Source: Phoronis australis (lineage: Eukaryota; Animalia; Phoronida). Taken from it: a stretch of DNA of 64,000 bases. The stretch spans positions 17,588 to 81,587 of the forward strand of contig NMRA01000271.1 of the NCBI GenBank assembly GCA_002633005.1. Reading direction: 5' to 3'. The position numbers and the translations under genes are program-made. Under the pieces are notes generated by a model, which did no database searches, was not told the origin of the DNA, and was given only the letters and a program-made list of their open reading frames with translations. Position 1 is the stretch's first letter, and every line of letters starts with the position of its first letter. Shown here one piece after another: positions 26,901-39,400 of this stretch.

Positions 26901-29853
26901 GACCGCGTATCACAACTCTACCACTACAACTCTACTAAAACAGATACCTTCTAATACCATTTTGTTAGTAATATTCCTAAATACTTACTACCGCAGAAAG
27001 CTTCACTTTCATTAAATTATTCAGTGGCGGATTTAGAGGGGGCCAAGGGGGCCATGCCCCCCTAAAATTCTCCCGGATACCGTTTGACAGTTTGGGGGAC
27101 CGGTGCGAATGTCTGAAGGGCAAAATCCTGGCTAATACTCTGTCCTGGCCCAACTAACTCAAAATTCTGGATCCGCCCCTGCTATTATCGCTGCGTGGAT
27201 AAGGCGTACAGTACTGGTACATGTTAGTAAGTCTATCACGTTGTAGTGTGTTAAAATACCTAGCGCCGCTGCAACTCTAGAGAGTTGTAGCGTCATCAGT
27301 TCAAAGACGTCGTTACAGCTCCAGTTTTTTTCTCAGTTTCAGGAAACAGATTCTGAATCCTTACAGGGGTGGACCCAGGATTTTGAGTTGGGGGACCAAG
27401 GCAGAGTATTAGCCAGGATTATGCCCGTCAGATATTCGCAGCCCCGAACTGCCTAATGGAATCTGGGAGAATTTTAGGTTGGGCCATGGCCCGTTGGCTC
27501 CCTTCTAAATCCTTCACTGCAGTGCAAACTAATTTAGCCGCAGCTTATTCTCAAGTGATACTTTTAACATCACGAGATGACAATAATATTTCAGTAAATA
27601 AACAGAAAATAATAGAGAATTTTTAAATATAACTTTTTGTTGTTTGTGGAGGAGCACCAATAAAACGACGGCTGAAGTGAATGTCGCCAAACTTCACTTT
27701 TAAATAAGAAAATTGACAGAAAAAACGCGATTACAAGCAGGTCTGTAATTTAAGTAAAACTTTCTGCTTTCATGCCAAAAATTATGCGATCACACTTCGC
27801 TTAAACCAAAATCCAGCTGCTTCTCGGTAGTTTGGTAATTAGTCCAATTATGTTGCATACCCAGCAGAATTAATTAGGAGGGCATATTATTGCAACATGA
27901 AGCAAACATTTTAGGTTGTAAAAGTCACATTTCTTGTCCAAGTTTCAAAATTCAAAAACCTAATCACATGTGCTTTTCACGAACCATTCAAATATTCTAT
28001 TTACTTTTCAAAACGGAAATTTACTATTGTCACCCCCATTATGTTTATGATGGTTTCATTATCCAGTGAATGATAACAACAGCGGCCTGAGGCTATTTGA
28101 ATTAACCACTACAGCATAGTGTCTTTGATATAAATCGGCAGATTATTATGGTGCGCAAACCGGTCGAGCTGCCCCGGTTAGAATTTTTTCATGTTAGTAA
28201 GGGTGTCTTTCTATTTACCAAACTTATTCTGCGAACTACACAGGTGGAAAAAAGACACCTTATCTCTAAACACCTAATTCTGGAAACACATGGTACCACT
28301 GTCGAAAAACAACAGAAAGTCATACCGCACATTTGTCTTCAGACACTTTAGGCAAACATCGACCCTTGAAGCATTGCGTAGTTGCTGGGCACGGTATCAC
28401 CTAGAATACAAGAGTGATATCGCTGAATTTCACAACATCTACTGACCTGTTATTTGTTCGCATTTAGAATATTGCGTCATGCTAGAGGCGAACTTTAGTG
28501 GCTGCAAATTTCAAATTATCCTCAGAGCTGCATTTCAAAAATGGCGCGCAGGGAATTCCATTCAATGATAGATCAGTCGGTCACGTGATAAAAACAATCA
28601 TGGTTCCCATGAGTACGTCAGCGGCAGGGCGCTGTTGGTTTAGTTGATCGGTAAGAACTCGAAATATGCGTAAAGTGACAGCCAAATAGACAGAAATGCA
28701 GCGCTAAGGTTGAAAGATATCGCGGAAATGTTATGAAATCTACTTTATTGAAACAAACATGCAAAATCGATAATCAAAATCTGCAATCAATAAAGACGGG
28801 TCAAGGTCTAAGGTGTCAACCTAAACCAGAATTGGAAATTAATGAGAGCTTTAACTAACTTAATAGGCTTACTGCTGATTTTATGGTAACAGAGACATAA
28901 CAAGTGCGCTTTTATTCTATTAATATCGATTTGAAAAAACGTATTATAAATTCACCGTTTGTTTATTTGTATTGATAATGTATTGCCGCCCTCAGGCTCC
29001 ACTGCAGCGTCAGACATACATGTATGGTCTCTGCGACTGTCAAGTCACCGTGAGGGGCAGTTCCATTAAACAAGTACACAGGACTTGCCCATCAACTGGA
29101 TGTTTTTGAAGCTTTACAAAAAGGAACCTTTATGTAACCACAGAGGCTTTAGAAGTGTTTTCCATATTACTAATTTTTCAAAACTTTGGTTCCAAAGACG
29201 TACTCCCTTTCTACAACAAGACTTATTTCCTTGCAATACAGCTGTCCTAGGATCCACACGAATGGGGCCAAGTTTGTGCTATTAATCTGTGGTGCTTCGG
29301 CAACAAAACTCCAGGGCGAGGTGGCTTTTCCATCGTAAAAGATCTAATGTGTCCCGTATCCATCTTCTCTAAATGGTTAAGTATCGTAAACGATCCAACT
29401 GCACTGATCCCATGTGTGGAATCAAGCTTTTCGTTGGATTTTGTGAACCCCTCAACGGATATTGCTTTGCTAAAGCGTTTGCTTTTCATCCGTGTTTTTT
29501 TTTTAATTTTCGAAGTACATTTTGTCGGACTACTACGCCCTATCAGCGTGCACGTGACCTCCTTTTAACTCACCCCACAACCAGTTCGGTCTTGCCCACC
29601 ACCGCCGTCGGCCATAAAAATCACCATCAAAGCCAGCTGTGAAAAAACACAAAGGTTGAACAAAGACAATCGCTTTTAATTGCAACTTTTTGAGATTCCA
29701 TTCGCTTATAGAATTTCCAGTGCATCATATACCAATACAGGAGCTAATAAATGAATTTCACAAGAGTCTACATCAACATCGAAACACTTTAAATGTCCAC
29801 GTTTTACACATTACTAAAGGACTTACCTGAAGCGTAAACAGTTTCAGAGTCAT
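20697..29853 (-). CDS. WAP-cluster gene C: secreted protein with two 4-Cys modules, WAP domain, poly-Asp tract and basic tail, about 200 aa
   Basis: Exons 29853-29827 MTLKLFTLQ; 29636-29574 LALMVIFMADGGGGQDRTGCG; 28400-28326 VIPCPATTQCFKGRCLPKVSEDKCA; 25322-25259 KHTCFDGSRCRDGKCYPIRKK(G); 21070-20697 TCPLVERERDGSCVVECDDDADCSAGRLCCATTCQGFVCTEPDEDDSDNCDDDD...KPHDVYMPAP...KKVH*. All junctions are GT-AG with the same phases as gene B. Confidence 0.87.
20839..20942 (-). repeat. Coding (GAT)n microsatellite giving the poly-Asp tract of gene C
   Basis: Interrupted (CAT)n on the + strand, in frame with the WAP exon. Confidence 0.9.
21700..23508 (+). mobile_element. Helentron/HINE (pearl-like) non-autonomous element with an internal ~450-bp (3 x ~150 bp) tandem array
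   Basis: About 3.3 units of 450-453 bp, followed by an (ACGG)n microsatellite at 23440-23458, the hairpin ATGCGTCCACATA-TAAA-TATGTGGGCGCAT and an A-run. The 5' boundary is approximate. Confidence 0.75.
23519..24330 (+). mobile_element. Penelope-like retroelement fragment (RT C-terminus plus GIY-YIG endonuclease), pseudogenised
   Basis: EPEADNKLPFLDLY...TLYR*PTHTNQYLNFRSNHPVQHK, followed by KSCVVYQLSCK...QYIGETKRTL; contains stops and frameshifts. Confidence 0.9.
26343..26920 (+). mobile_element. Tc1/mariner 5' fragment (HTH DNA-binding region)
   Basis: LAVGLIESGCTQAAVARHLRFHRKSVFRL followed, after frameshifts, by RQTGDVNDR..SGRPRIT (GRPR linker); follows a (TG)n tract. Confidence 0.8.
27022..27519. 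mobile_element. Two oppositely oriented MITE family 1 copies (27022-27181, 27364-27519)
   Basis: Both show the family TIRs and the internal GAGTATTAGCCAGGAT / GGAGAATTTTAGG motifs. Confidence 0.75.
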
Positions 29854-29924
29854 CCTGTCTTGTTTGTCGGCGGGGACCAATGAAGGTAAGAGTTCCAATA
29901 AACTATACGGTTTATATTGTCTAA

Positions 29925-29930
29925 TTTATA
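29925..29930 (-). promoter_or_regulatory. TATA box of gene C
   Basis: TATAAA about 72 nt upstream of the ATG, homologous to the gene B box. Confidence 0.6.
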
Positions 29931-30692
29931 TTCCACAGCCGGTGTTTTAAACGGTAGTGACACATGTGCGACATATTCATGAGGAGATTTAGAAAAACAT
30001 TTGGTCAGACTGTTGTCAATGGCAAAGTGACGGCCTTTTCGATTAATAGCTTTTCTCAACTGTTGTAAACAACCATGCAACTGTTTGCTGACAAAAGCAT
30101 GTTTAAAACGAAGACGTGTGGTTTATTTGTTTTTCACCATACGACAACCTACCTAGTATGCGTTCCTACGGAAGACGCCGTTACTATCGACACGAAAATC
30201 CGGGGACCCCAGGCTACAATACAGGCTTGCACGTACTAGTCCGTTGGTCTCCCATGCAAGGAGTCTAATAACATGCTTTGGGACATGAAAAGGATTTATA
30301 TTACGTGTCTAAGCATTTGTAGAGTAAACTGTAACCTAGAACAGGTCGGCATTCGAATGCTCATAACATTGAAGGACTAAGCATCTTAAAATTAGGACGG
30401 CCACAAATAAATGAGGTGGAATGCAGAAACAAAAACAAGAATGTGTGCCCAAAAAGAACATCAAACCAAAGATAGTAAATTTGATTTACTTAAAACTGGA
30501 TTCCAGTATTAAGCAATCAAAAAACGAGAATGAATGAAGATACTTGAGCCGACATTCGGTCACATAATCTTCCTTACCGTAACTGCAACATCGACCCATG
30601 CAAACGCTTCAAAGTTTGTTGGGGTTAGAGAACACTACAAGTGCGAATTCAAAGACGGCGCATGTACGCATTGCCACTATGCGCTTTGTTGC

Positions 30693-30859
30693 CAGTGGCG
30701 CATTTAGTGGGGGCCAAGGGGCCATGGCCATTCCTAAAATTCTCCCAGATTCCATTTGGCTGTTCGGGGCAGCTGCGAATGTCTGACGGGCAAAGTCCTC
30801 AGTGGCTAATACTCTGCCCTGCCCCCCCTCCCTAACTAAAAATCATGGATTCGCCCCTG
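30693..30859. mobile_element. MITE family 1 copy
   Basis: CAGTGGCG...CGCCCCTG flanked by a GTTGC direct repeat; absent from the homologous gene B upstream region (~15980). Confidence 0.8.
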
Positions 30860-33490
30860 GTTGCCATCTCATTCGGCAACAATTCAGGGTCGGATAAATG
30901 TGGTAATGATCTCAGGCCCCAAAGAGCTTCGCTTTACGATTCAACATTGACAGCTAAATCCCCCTTGAAATGTATACTTACGTATTTAGACTCGTGCCCT
31001 GTAGCACTAATATGCGATTGAACACAACTTTAAAATCCGTGCGCATTTTGACGTATTGAACTTGAGTTGCACTATGGCAATTTTTTGCTTGCAAACTCGT
31101 TCACACTCGACTTTGGTTTATTGTCTTGCATTTTGCCGGTTTAAAACAAGACTGAACTAATATCCACCGAGGTTCAGGGATAACGCCAAAATGGAAAGTA
31201 CTTGTAGTCGTAATCGACAAAATTTTAGATTCTGTGAGCATTTGCCAGCATTTTCGAGACTGTTCTTGAGCTATTGCAACTAGAGTTACACAATGATAAA
31301 TTTCATTTGCAAACTCGTTCATATTCGGCTTAGGTTTACTGCCTTGCCTGTGTATTTTGACATCGTCACTCAGTTTGTAATCGTCGACGCTGACACTGGC
31401 TGATAGGCCATTGCGCACAAAAAAATCAGATACAGCCCAAGGCGAAGGCGACCATCTTTACTTCAAGAATTTGTCTTTTTCGACGAGTCGAATTAAAAAG
31501 GAACTCAGCTTAATCAACCGGCCGACAAATTCGAAATAAATTCAGTACGTCACTCCATGTGTTGCAGTTGCTGTGCTTTGGCTAAAAGTTTGAGGTCGAA
31601 TCATAAGTAAAATGTGCTGTGTAGACCAAAAAGTCGTCCTATTTGGTAGACCACGAAGGGTGCGTAGGTACCGGCACTACAGCTGAAAACACCGATCCGA
31701 CTCCCATTTTAGCAAATGTTGCGATTTCGGTTGTAGCTACGACGGCCGCATGCACGTTATTGCAAACGCAATGCTGCGTTTTTAGTTATGAAAGTGAAAA
31801 GCCACAACAAACGTTGACTTGAATTTTTTCTATGTTCAGATGTAACGTTACGAAACCTGTGTACAAATGACTTTTGAAGCTACGACCGTGTTACTCTTAG
31901 CCAAGACCGGGCGTTGACAAAACGGGCCCCCGTCATAGCTGCGAATAAGAAAAGCAACACTTCGCAAAATAAGCTTCCTGGAGCACGGGTTCGTGTAGTC
32001 GGATAGAGTGGCTAGGCTGTGGCCTCATTGTGGTCTGCAATGTGAAACGTAACAATTCTTCTCAAATGTAGTGAGCCTTTTTGCAGCGACCCCTTCAGGA
32101 CAGAAAAACTTTTGATTTGTACCATTTAAAGCTTAAGAATTGATCTCAGACTGTTTAGAGGTGATTTCAGTGCTTCGAAATAACTGACAGTTCGCTATCG
32201 CTTGGGACTAAGCTTTGCAGGATTGCTCGTTGCGACAGCGGACCATGATCATTCAATGCTCCTAGCATAAGAAACTTCCAATTCTTTGCAGGTTCATTTG
32301 AGTTAAGAGCAAGTTTGAGATCAATTTTAACGACAATTAGAAAGCTCGCTTATTGGACGGAACATGGGTACATCGCCGCTTTAATTACATGCTTTATCAG
32401 AACAGAAGTGGCATGGAACCCAAATTGTAAACTCGTTGAATAGCGTTATAAATCACGGACTTCTTCTGCAGGTACGCACGACCCTTTGATTCGCCGGGAT
32501 TTTTCATGAAAACAATTAGAGGATTTTCTATCTGGAAACGTGGCTCCAAACATAGCATTCACTGGCTCAAAGTATGAACTAGTTTCTGTGCTTACTCTTC
32601 GACACGTGGCCCAATGTTAGCGGCGGCACATCGTGTATACTCTACACAGTGCCTCATTGGGAAGTCACGATCAATTGCCTCCCTCTAACGAACCCGTGAA
32701 CGCGACCATTCCTGCATCTCACTCGTCGACTCTAGAGTAGACGCGGAGCGCGAGGGGGGAGCTATTTGCCCTTAAATGATTGAAACAAATCCGAAAGCCA
32801 CTAGCTATTGCTTCGTCAATCTGTTGCAGCTGTTCCCATAACCCCACCCCTACTGATGAGCATGCACGAATTAGTCAGTGTTCATGAGGATTTTAAAATT
32901 GTACAGTTCATAGAATGCTGCACTTGTTTTGTAGAAGAGTGCACTAAACATTAAAGTATACAAAATTACATTCATGAAAGTCTGTCTAGGGCAGAAAACT
33001 AAAAGGTAAAGATTGTAATTATTCACGAAAAAAAGGTTTCAATTAAATGAAAGTGTCGGGCTTCGTTGTACGTGTATGTCTAATATTTTCTGCAGGTACG
33101 GTCAACTCCGAATGCACAACCGGTCTAGTGGATCCGCTTGCCGACCATTCTGTCGTGATCTTGCCACGGTTTGACGATTCTTTATTGGTTATTGAGCAAA
33201 CAAAACAGACTCAAAACATGCATATGCCCACTGCCCGTCGACCATCTCAGCACTTCAAGAGACAGCTCAAGAATGTCAGCCTCCTTTGAATGGTGGCTAG
33301 AAAGGCCCATATCCATGCATCGTTTCTGTACACGCCGGCAACCGAGCATACGGTATTCTACCGGTACGGCCCAAGTAATAATTTCAGTTTCGAATGTTCA
33401 CAATCCGTAACAATGTCTTCTGGCACAGCTGGTGGCAGAGATGTGCAAATCTGTGTCCACACTGTGCTGTGCGACTTCTTTATAGGGGCC

Positions 33491-36400
33491 TTAAATATCC
33501 TGTCTAAATTCATCAGGCTCTGTACAGACAAATCCGTGGCACAAAGTCTCACAGCATAGACGGTGTTTGGCACAATCGGCATCATCGTCACATTCGACCA
33601 CGCAGGAGCCGAAATGTTCTTTCAGAGGAGGACAGGCACCTGAAATGGCCACCATCTCAATTTCATAAAGTTGTCGATCGTTATTATTACTATCTTATGT
33701 TGGAAAAGTTGACCTTTCATTTACACCCAATAGCCTACGGATTGTGCAGGACGCATGCGCGCACCCAGCCTAAGGGAGGCTCGAATTTCTGAAAACGTGG
33801 ACCTTTTATTAAAAAAACGAGTACTAAACAAAAAACGAAAAACGGGGTTCGTTCAGAACTATGAGCTGTGCATTCGCCGAATTTCTGCCTTTTCAGAGGA
33901 CTTTTGTGTCTTATTCTCGGACTTTTTCTTTCTCTGAGGCGGACCTTTTTGCCCACTTTGCCAAATGGGGGGGGGGTCGTTGGAGATCCCCGAGCCCCAA
34001 TCAATGACGATAAACCTGTGTCCAATTTGTGCTCTATATAACAAATCCTGTTCCACTGTTTTGGTTTCCCAACTCACCCATCACATCTATGCACCCACAT
34101 ATTTATATTCCCGTTATCATTTGGAGATATGTTCGTGATAAAAAGATCGAGACTGACATTTATTTTCCGTCTTCAACTACTATGACCTCCGTAGTGCCAT
34201 CTTTTTTGCGTCCATGGCTGTATCTCCTTAACGGCTGCAAGACCCTTCTGAAATTAAACAGGAGTGTTCCTAAGGACATTAGCTGCAACTGATACCATTT
34301 CAGACTAATTTAACTACAGCTGTGCTCCATAGTATCATTTTATTTTTTACTTTTGCATCTGTAACTTCAGTTCCTTGATGTTTTTCATGAAATTGACCAA
34401 ACAATTTTCTATTCTGAAGACGACAGGACCTTTCTTTTTTTGTGATGAATTCGGCGTATTCTGCATCAACTAGTGGCCATTTTTTAATCTGTTTTTATTG
34501 TCTTTTGCTTCTGTATCTGTCAAATGACCGTGAGGGTTAAAATGCTAATAAGGTTCACTAATGTCATTTTTTGTTGTCTCTCAAAATGGATATTCAACTG
34601 TTATTTAACTGCTGTCAAATGACCCAGATGAATGGATATGGCTACTGCTGTTGCTCATAACGGCAGCTTTTTTACATTTACCTTTTAGTTTGTATCTGTG
34701 GAGTTCTTTAACGGATTTACGTAATACTTGACAAACAACTTTGAGAGGCGATGTTGGTGTGCTAGCAGTGAAAGGCATTCTGTTCGGTTAGGAACGTTGA
34801 ATGCGCGACGCAGTGCGAGAACGCGGTCCAAGGATAATACTAGTCTGATGGAGGATGATATAGTTTATTACATACTCTTCTACCGATACTACTGAGTCTG
34901 TTACAATGCATGCGATCAAACACTTACATACATGAATAATAACAGGATATACCATACAAACAAGTTTACTACAATTCCTCATGACTAACTTGGAGGTGTA
35001 TTACAAAATACTCAATTCTCTAAACTACTCCTACACATGCAGTCATACTAAATCACTCGGAAATTGGATCTAGTCGGAGGGCCAGATCTCATAGCGTTCA
35101 TCCTTATGAGCACTTTGGGGGGCAACCTAGTTTTTTGTATGTGGCTAGATAATATACCTATAAATCAAATTCCAAAAAGTTCCCACGTCTACACTTGCAC
35201 ATTGTGTTTTTGTCGCACAAAATATTATGCACATTCCTGCCACTTGGTGGCGCTCTTCAATTGAATTGGCCAATCAGAGAGCCAGACTGTGTTGTTGTGC
35301 TTAGTTACTTCAATATGGCTGCTCCCATGGAGTGTGATGCCTGTATAATTCAAGGTTTAACAAACAGCACAAAATTGTGATCATTTGCATCATTTGTTAG
35401 CAGGAAAAGTATATTATGGACCACATTTCAAGAAAGCGTGTTTTTGAAAGGTACACCATGGTGTTTTCCGTGTGTGTTTCAATATTATCACCAATTGTTT
35501 TTTTTAACTTGTTCAGCACCTTGGCTGCCTAGGCCTTAGACAATTATACCGCTGACCCAGTAGAGATGGTGATCATACCATAGGTACTCCATATGCCGGA
35601 TGCTTTTCGGCAAATTATGCATCACACTGGTTAAACCATAAATCATGTTGCTATAAGTTTAATACCTCTGAGGAGGCCGTTAATGTTTTCATTTGTTCCC
35701 AGTTTAAACAAATACTCCTGCAATCCTATTTTTCGAACACTCCTTTGTTCAGTTGCCACATCGACACGGCTTGCGCTAAGGGATAATCGTATGGCGTTAT
35801 ACTGTGGGTGTGGTTTTATGCACTTTAAGTCAAAAATTTTTGCGAATGTTAAATGAAGTAGATGGTTGCAATCAACATGCCGAAGTGGCCGTCATCCCTT
35901 GCCGTAATCCTGGGATAGGGGGAACCTCTTCTCAATTTTGTGTAAACATTAATTACTTAGGTGATTAAATTAAAGTGCCTAAGTGGCCAGCGTCCCCGTC
36001 ATAATTTGAGGACAGTGGAAACCACTGTCCATTTCGTCAAACGTTGGTTACCTTAAGTATAAATCGATTGACTATGGTATGAGCATCTGATTTTAAAAAA
36101 TTAAATTTCAATCACTGCACTGGTATATCAGATGAATTATTTTCAGTTGTATCAACTAATCTAATAATTAGACGATCAACAATTTTAGGTGACAGATCAG
36201 ACGGCATGTAAATTTGTTAGGCTGCTGATCAGTTCCTAAGCCCGTCTGAAAATTTTGCATGCCAACTTACTCATAGTTAAATGTTAAATTAGTGTTAACA
36301 GTTCAGTTTTTTTTTTCAGTTGGACTTGTATCGTAAGCAACAGCTCAGTCCAGATCCCTGAATATGCAAATGAAATTCAAAGATAAAGACCCTGTATCTT

Positions 36401-39400
36401 ACAAGCCAAGTACCACAGATCAACATGCTATAAAAATAGAAAGACAAAGATTGTGAAGAGTGACGAATCCACAGTTTTCAGAGAGGTTTTTCTAAAGTTT
36501 TGTTTGGAGTTCATTGAATCAAAGTTTCTAACACATAGAAATGTCATTTGCCTTTCAAAACTAAAGCAAGACTTTAAAGCTGTTCTTCAAAAAGCTGGTG
36601 TACATGAAGTTATTTGGACAGGCAATCTTAAGAAACGACTGTTGAAGCTACACACTTGTAGTTTGTGTCCGACTAAGAGATACGAAAGTGAATTGAGGCT
36701 AGTGTTCAATAATTCACTTGCTGACTAACTAACACAGCCCATTATAACATATTTTGTATCAAATGTTTGCCCAAATCCTGATCGACTCCAAACAAGGACT
36801 CAGCGTTTGACTCTTCACTGTATGGGGGCCAATTACCAGTGTGCAGTGTTGTACCCTCTCGAATCAACCACGGTTGGCTCATTGGAGGTGGAGCTTTGCA
36901 GTTAAAATGTATGGCAACGCACACAGCTCCATTGACAGTACTAAATGATGAACGCTGTAAGTGCAAAAAGAACATCTGTGCTGGGAAACTGAGTTTGTGC
37001 TGCAATGCTGGGTCAAACTGTACAGAAACGTGCAGCTGTGAAAACTGTAGTAACATCAGCAACACTGACTGCATAACATTGGATAGTTCTTTGACAAGTC
37101 AACCCTAAATAGACATCCAACCTCATTATTTTGTGTTTTTTGAATTAAAAAGTGAATTTTAGTTGTTGATTAAGTCATAGAAAGTACATACTTTGATCAT
37201 TGTCATGTATTTGTCTCATACTGCTTGCTAAACGCTGTCAGAATAATCTATTATTTTTGTACAATCTGTGCACATTCACAGAGATCAATCAATTAAATTG
37301 TTTTTGTACTATAAGGTATTTCTGATGTATTATGCAAACAAGCTATATTTTACACCATTAGTCAATGTTTTAGTCATTAAGGCACAAATTTTGCCCAGTC
37401 TCAAGTGTTTTGTGTTATTTTTGTTGCCTCACAATGCCAGAATAACCTCCTAGTAACATTCAGACTTAGTTTGCATTTCTGCCACTAGGTGTCACTTTAC
37501 ATTTTTAAATTTCACTGTTTACAATTAGTCCACCATAGTAATGTGAGTGTATTATTGTTCAATACAATGACATCGATGGGACCACCTAATCATACTCTTA
37601 TCAGACGACGAATAGGGTGTACTTTTGAATGTTTTGTGATTGTTTAAACAAAAGTTTAACATTTAAAACCTTCTGAGGGTGTATATTTGTTCCACAAAAT
37701 GGCAATCAGATGGCTCAAAATACATTAAACCCATTCGAAAATGGGAAGGTGTCCTCGTCTGATAAGAGTATGATTAGGTGGTGGGCCAGAATTTGCAGGG
37801 CTTCTAGAAAATGGTTTTTGTGAGTACTTTAGGGGGGAAATTTTATTTTGGTGTTTTTTAATTCATTTACTAGTGTTTTCAAAATCTAAAAAGTTCCCAC
37901 ATATAAAGTTGCACATTTTTGACAAATTTGAGTTTGATGTTGCATAATAACCACCATAGAGCTTAGAGAACTTATATTTGTAAAAACAGCAGTTTTTGCT
38001 ATCTTTTTTGTAAAACAAGTAATTGGTCCCATCGATGTCATTGCACGGAAGAAACGATCACATCAAAGTATTACGTCCTTTTTTAAATCGAAATCAAACT
38101 TTGTTAGTCATGAGCCCGCTACATTGGAAGAAAATGAAGACATTCCTGCCAAGAAAAGAATGCATCAAAGACAAGAATTTTACCAACCTTGATTGAAGAA
38201 ATATGCTTGGTTGCAGTATGAAGAAGACGGTAGGTAACTGTTTTCCGCCGAAAAACAACACCCGTTTAAAGGTAATTCTCTTTGGACGCGCTAACGATCA
38301 ACTTAGTCCGGTTTTAGCGAAGCAAAAAGCCAGTTTTTCATCTTTGAAATTCGATCCGTCAATACAGTTTTAAAAAGAGGACGGAATTGCCCGGCTTTGT
38401 CCAACTATGACCGAAACAAAAATAACACAGTCATTCGAAGATGATCAAGACCGGCCCTTTTTTCTTCAAAAACTTGCAGATTATCACTTACGATGAAAAG
38501 AATTATTGCCATTTTCTTTCGGAAACCTGTAATCCAGCAATCTCCAGTTCACACGGGGTAGAATAGCTAATGGTAACATAACGTGTGTTGCATTTCACTG
38601 GAGCCATCGTCTACACGCTGGATTTGACAAATCTTGCGTGTTCAATGCTCTTGTTTACGACATGGTTACACTGTATCTTTTGGACATTTACTTGTCGCGC
38701 GCGTTTCTCGCTTTTATTCGGCAACATGAAAAGCCTCACTCGGTTGAGTGTTCGACTGCTTTATAAAAACGCACGGTCGGCACGGCACTTTGACCTTTCG
38801 ATAAATAATGTTCCGAATTTGTCCAGAACTGAAATTTAGTAACTTTTTACCCCGCGTGGTCGAATTTTTGTTACTGCACGTTCACCCGGTTACTGTTAAA
38901 AGTTAGAGCGCTATCTATCCAAGATTTTTAATGAAATAGTTTTTAATTTTGTGGGCTTCGGCCCGCTACTTTGTCTTTGAATATCGGGTAGGCCTAAACC
39001 TCATTTTCGTAATGTGAATTTCCCACTCGCTCTGTGAAGAACCCTTTGCACAGGGTTCAGTCAAGTTCCCGTCTGAAACGTGAGTGATCTACACTTCAAT
39101 GACCATTGAGCATTGACGAGTACACGACCGCTCCTTATCCTCCGCGTGTGTAATAAAATTTTCTTTTACTTGTATACCATCGCAAAACTACAAAACATTA
39201 GGACTTATTAAACGTGGAAATACATCACTTGGATATTAGTACGACAAGTACAAAATAACAGGGTCAATTACATGACCAAATTTCATATAATATAAATGTT
39301 CAAGGTAGTCTTGTCCTTTCGTGCAAAAGTGGAACATTTCATAAAAAATTCCTCACGGCGTTTGGGATATGTGCACATAACATAGTGTCCGGCATAGATT

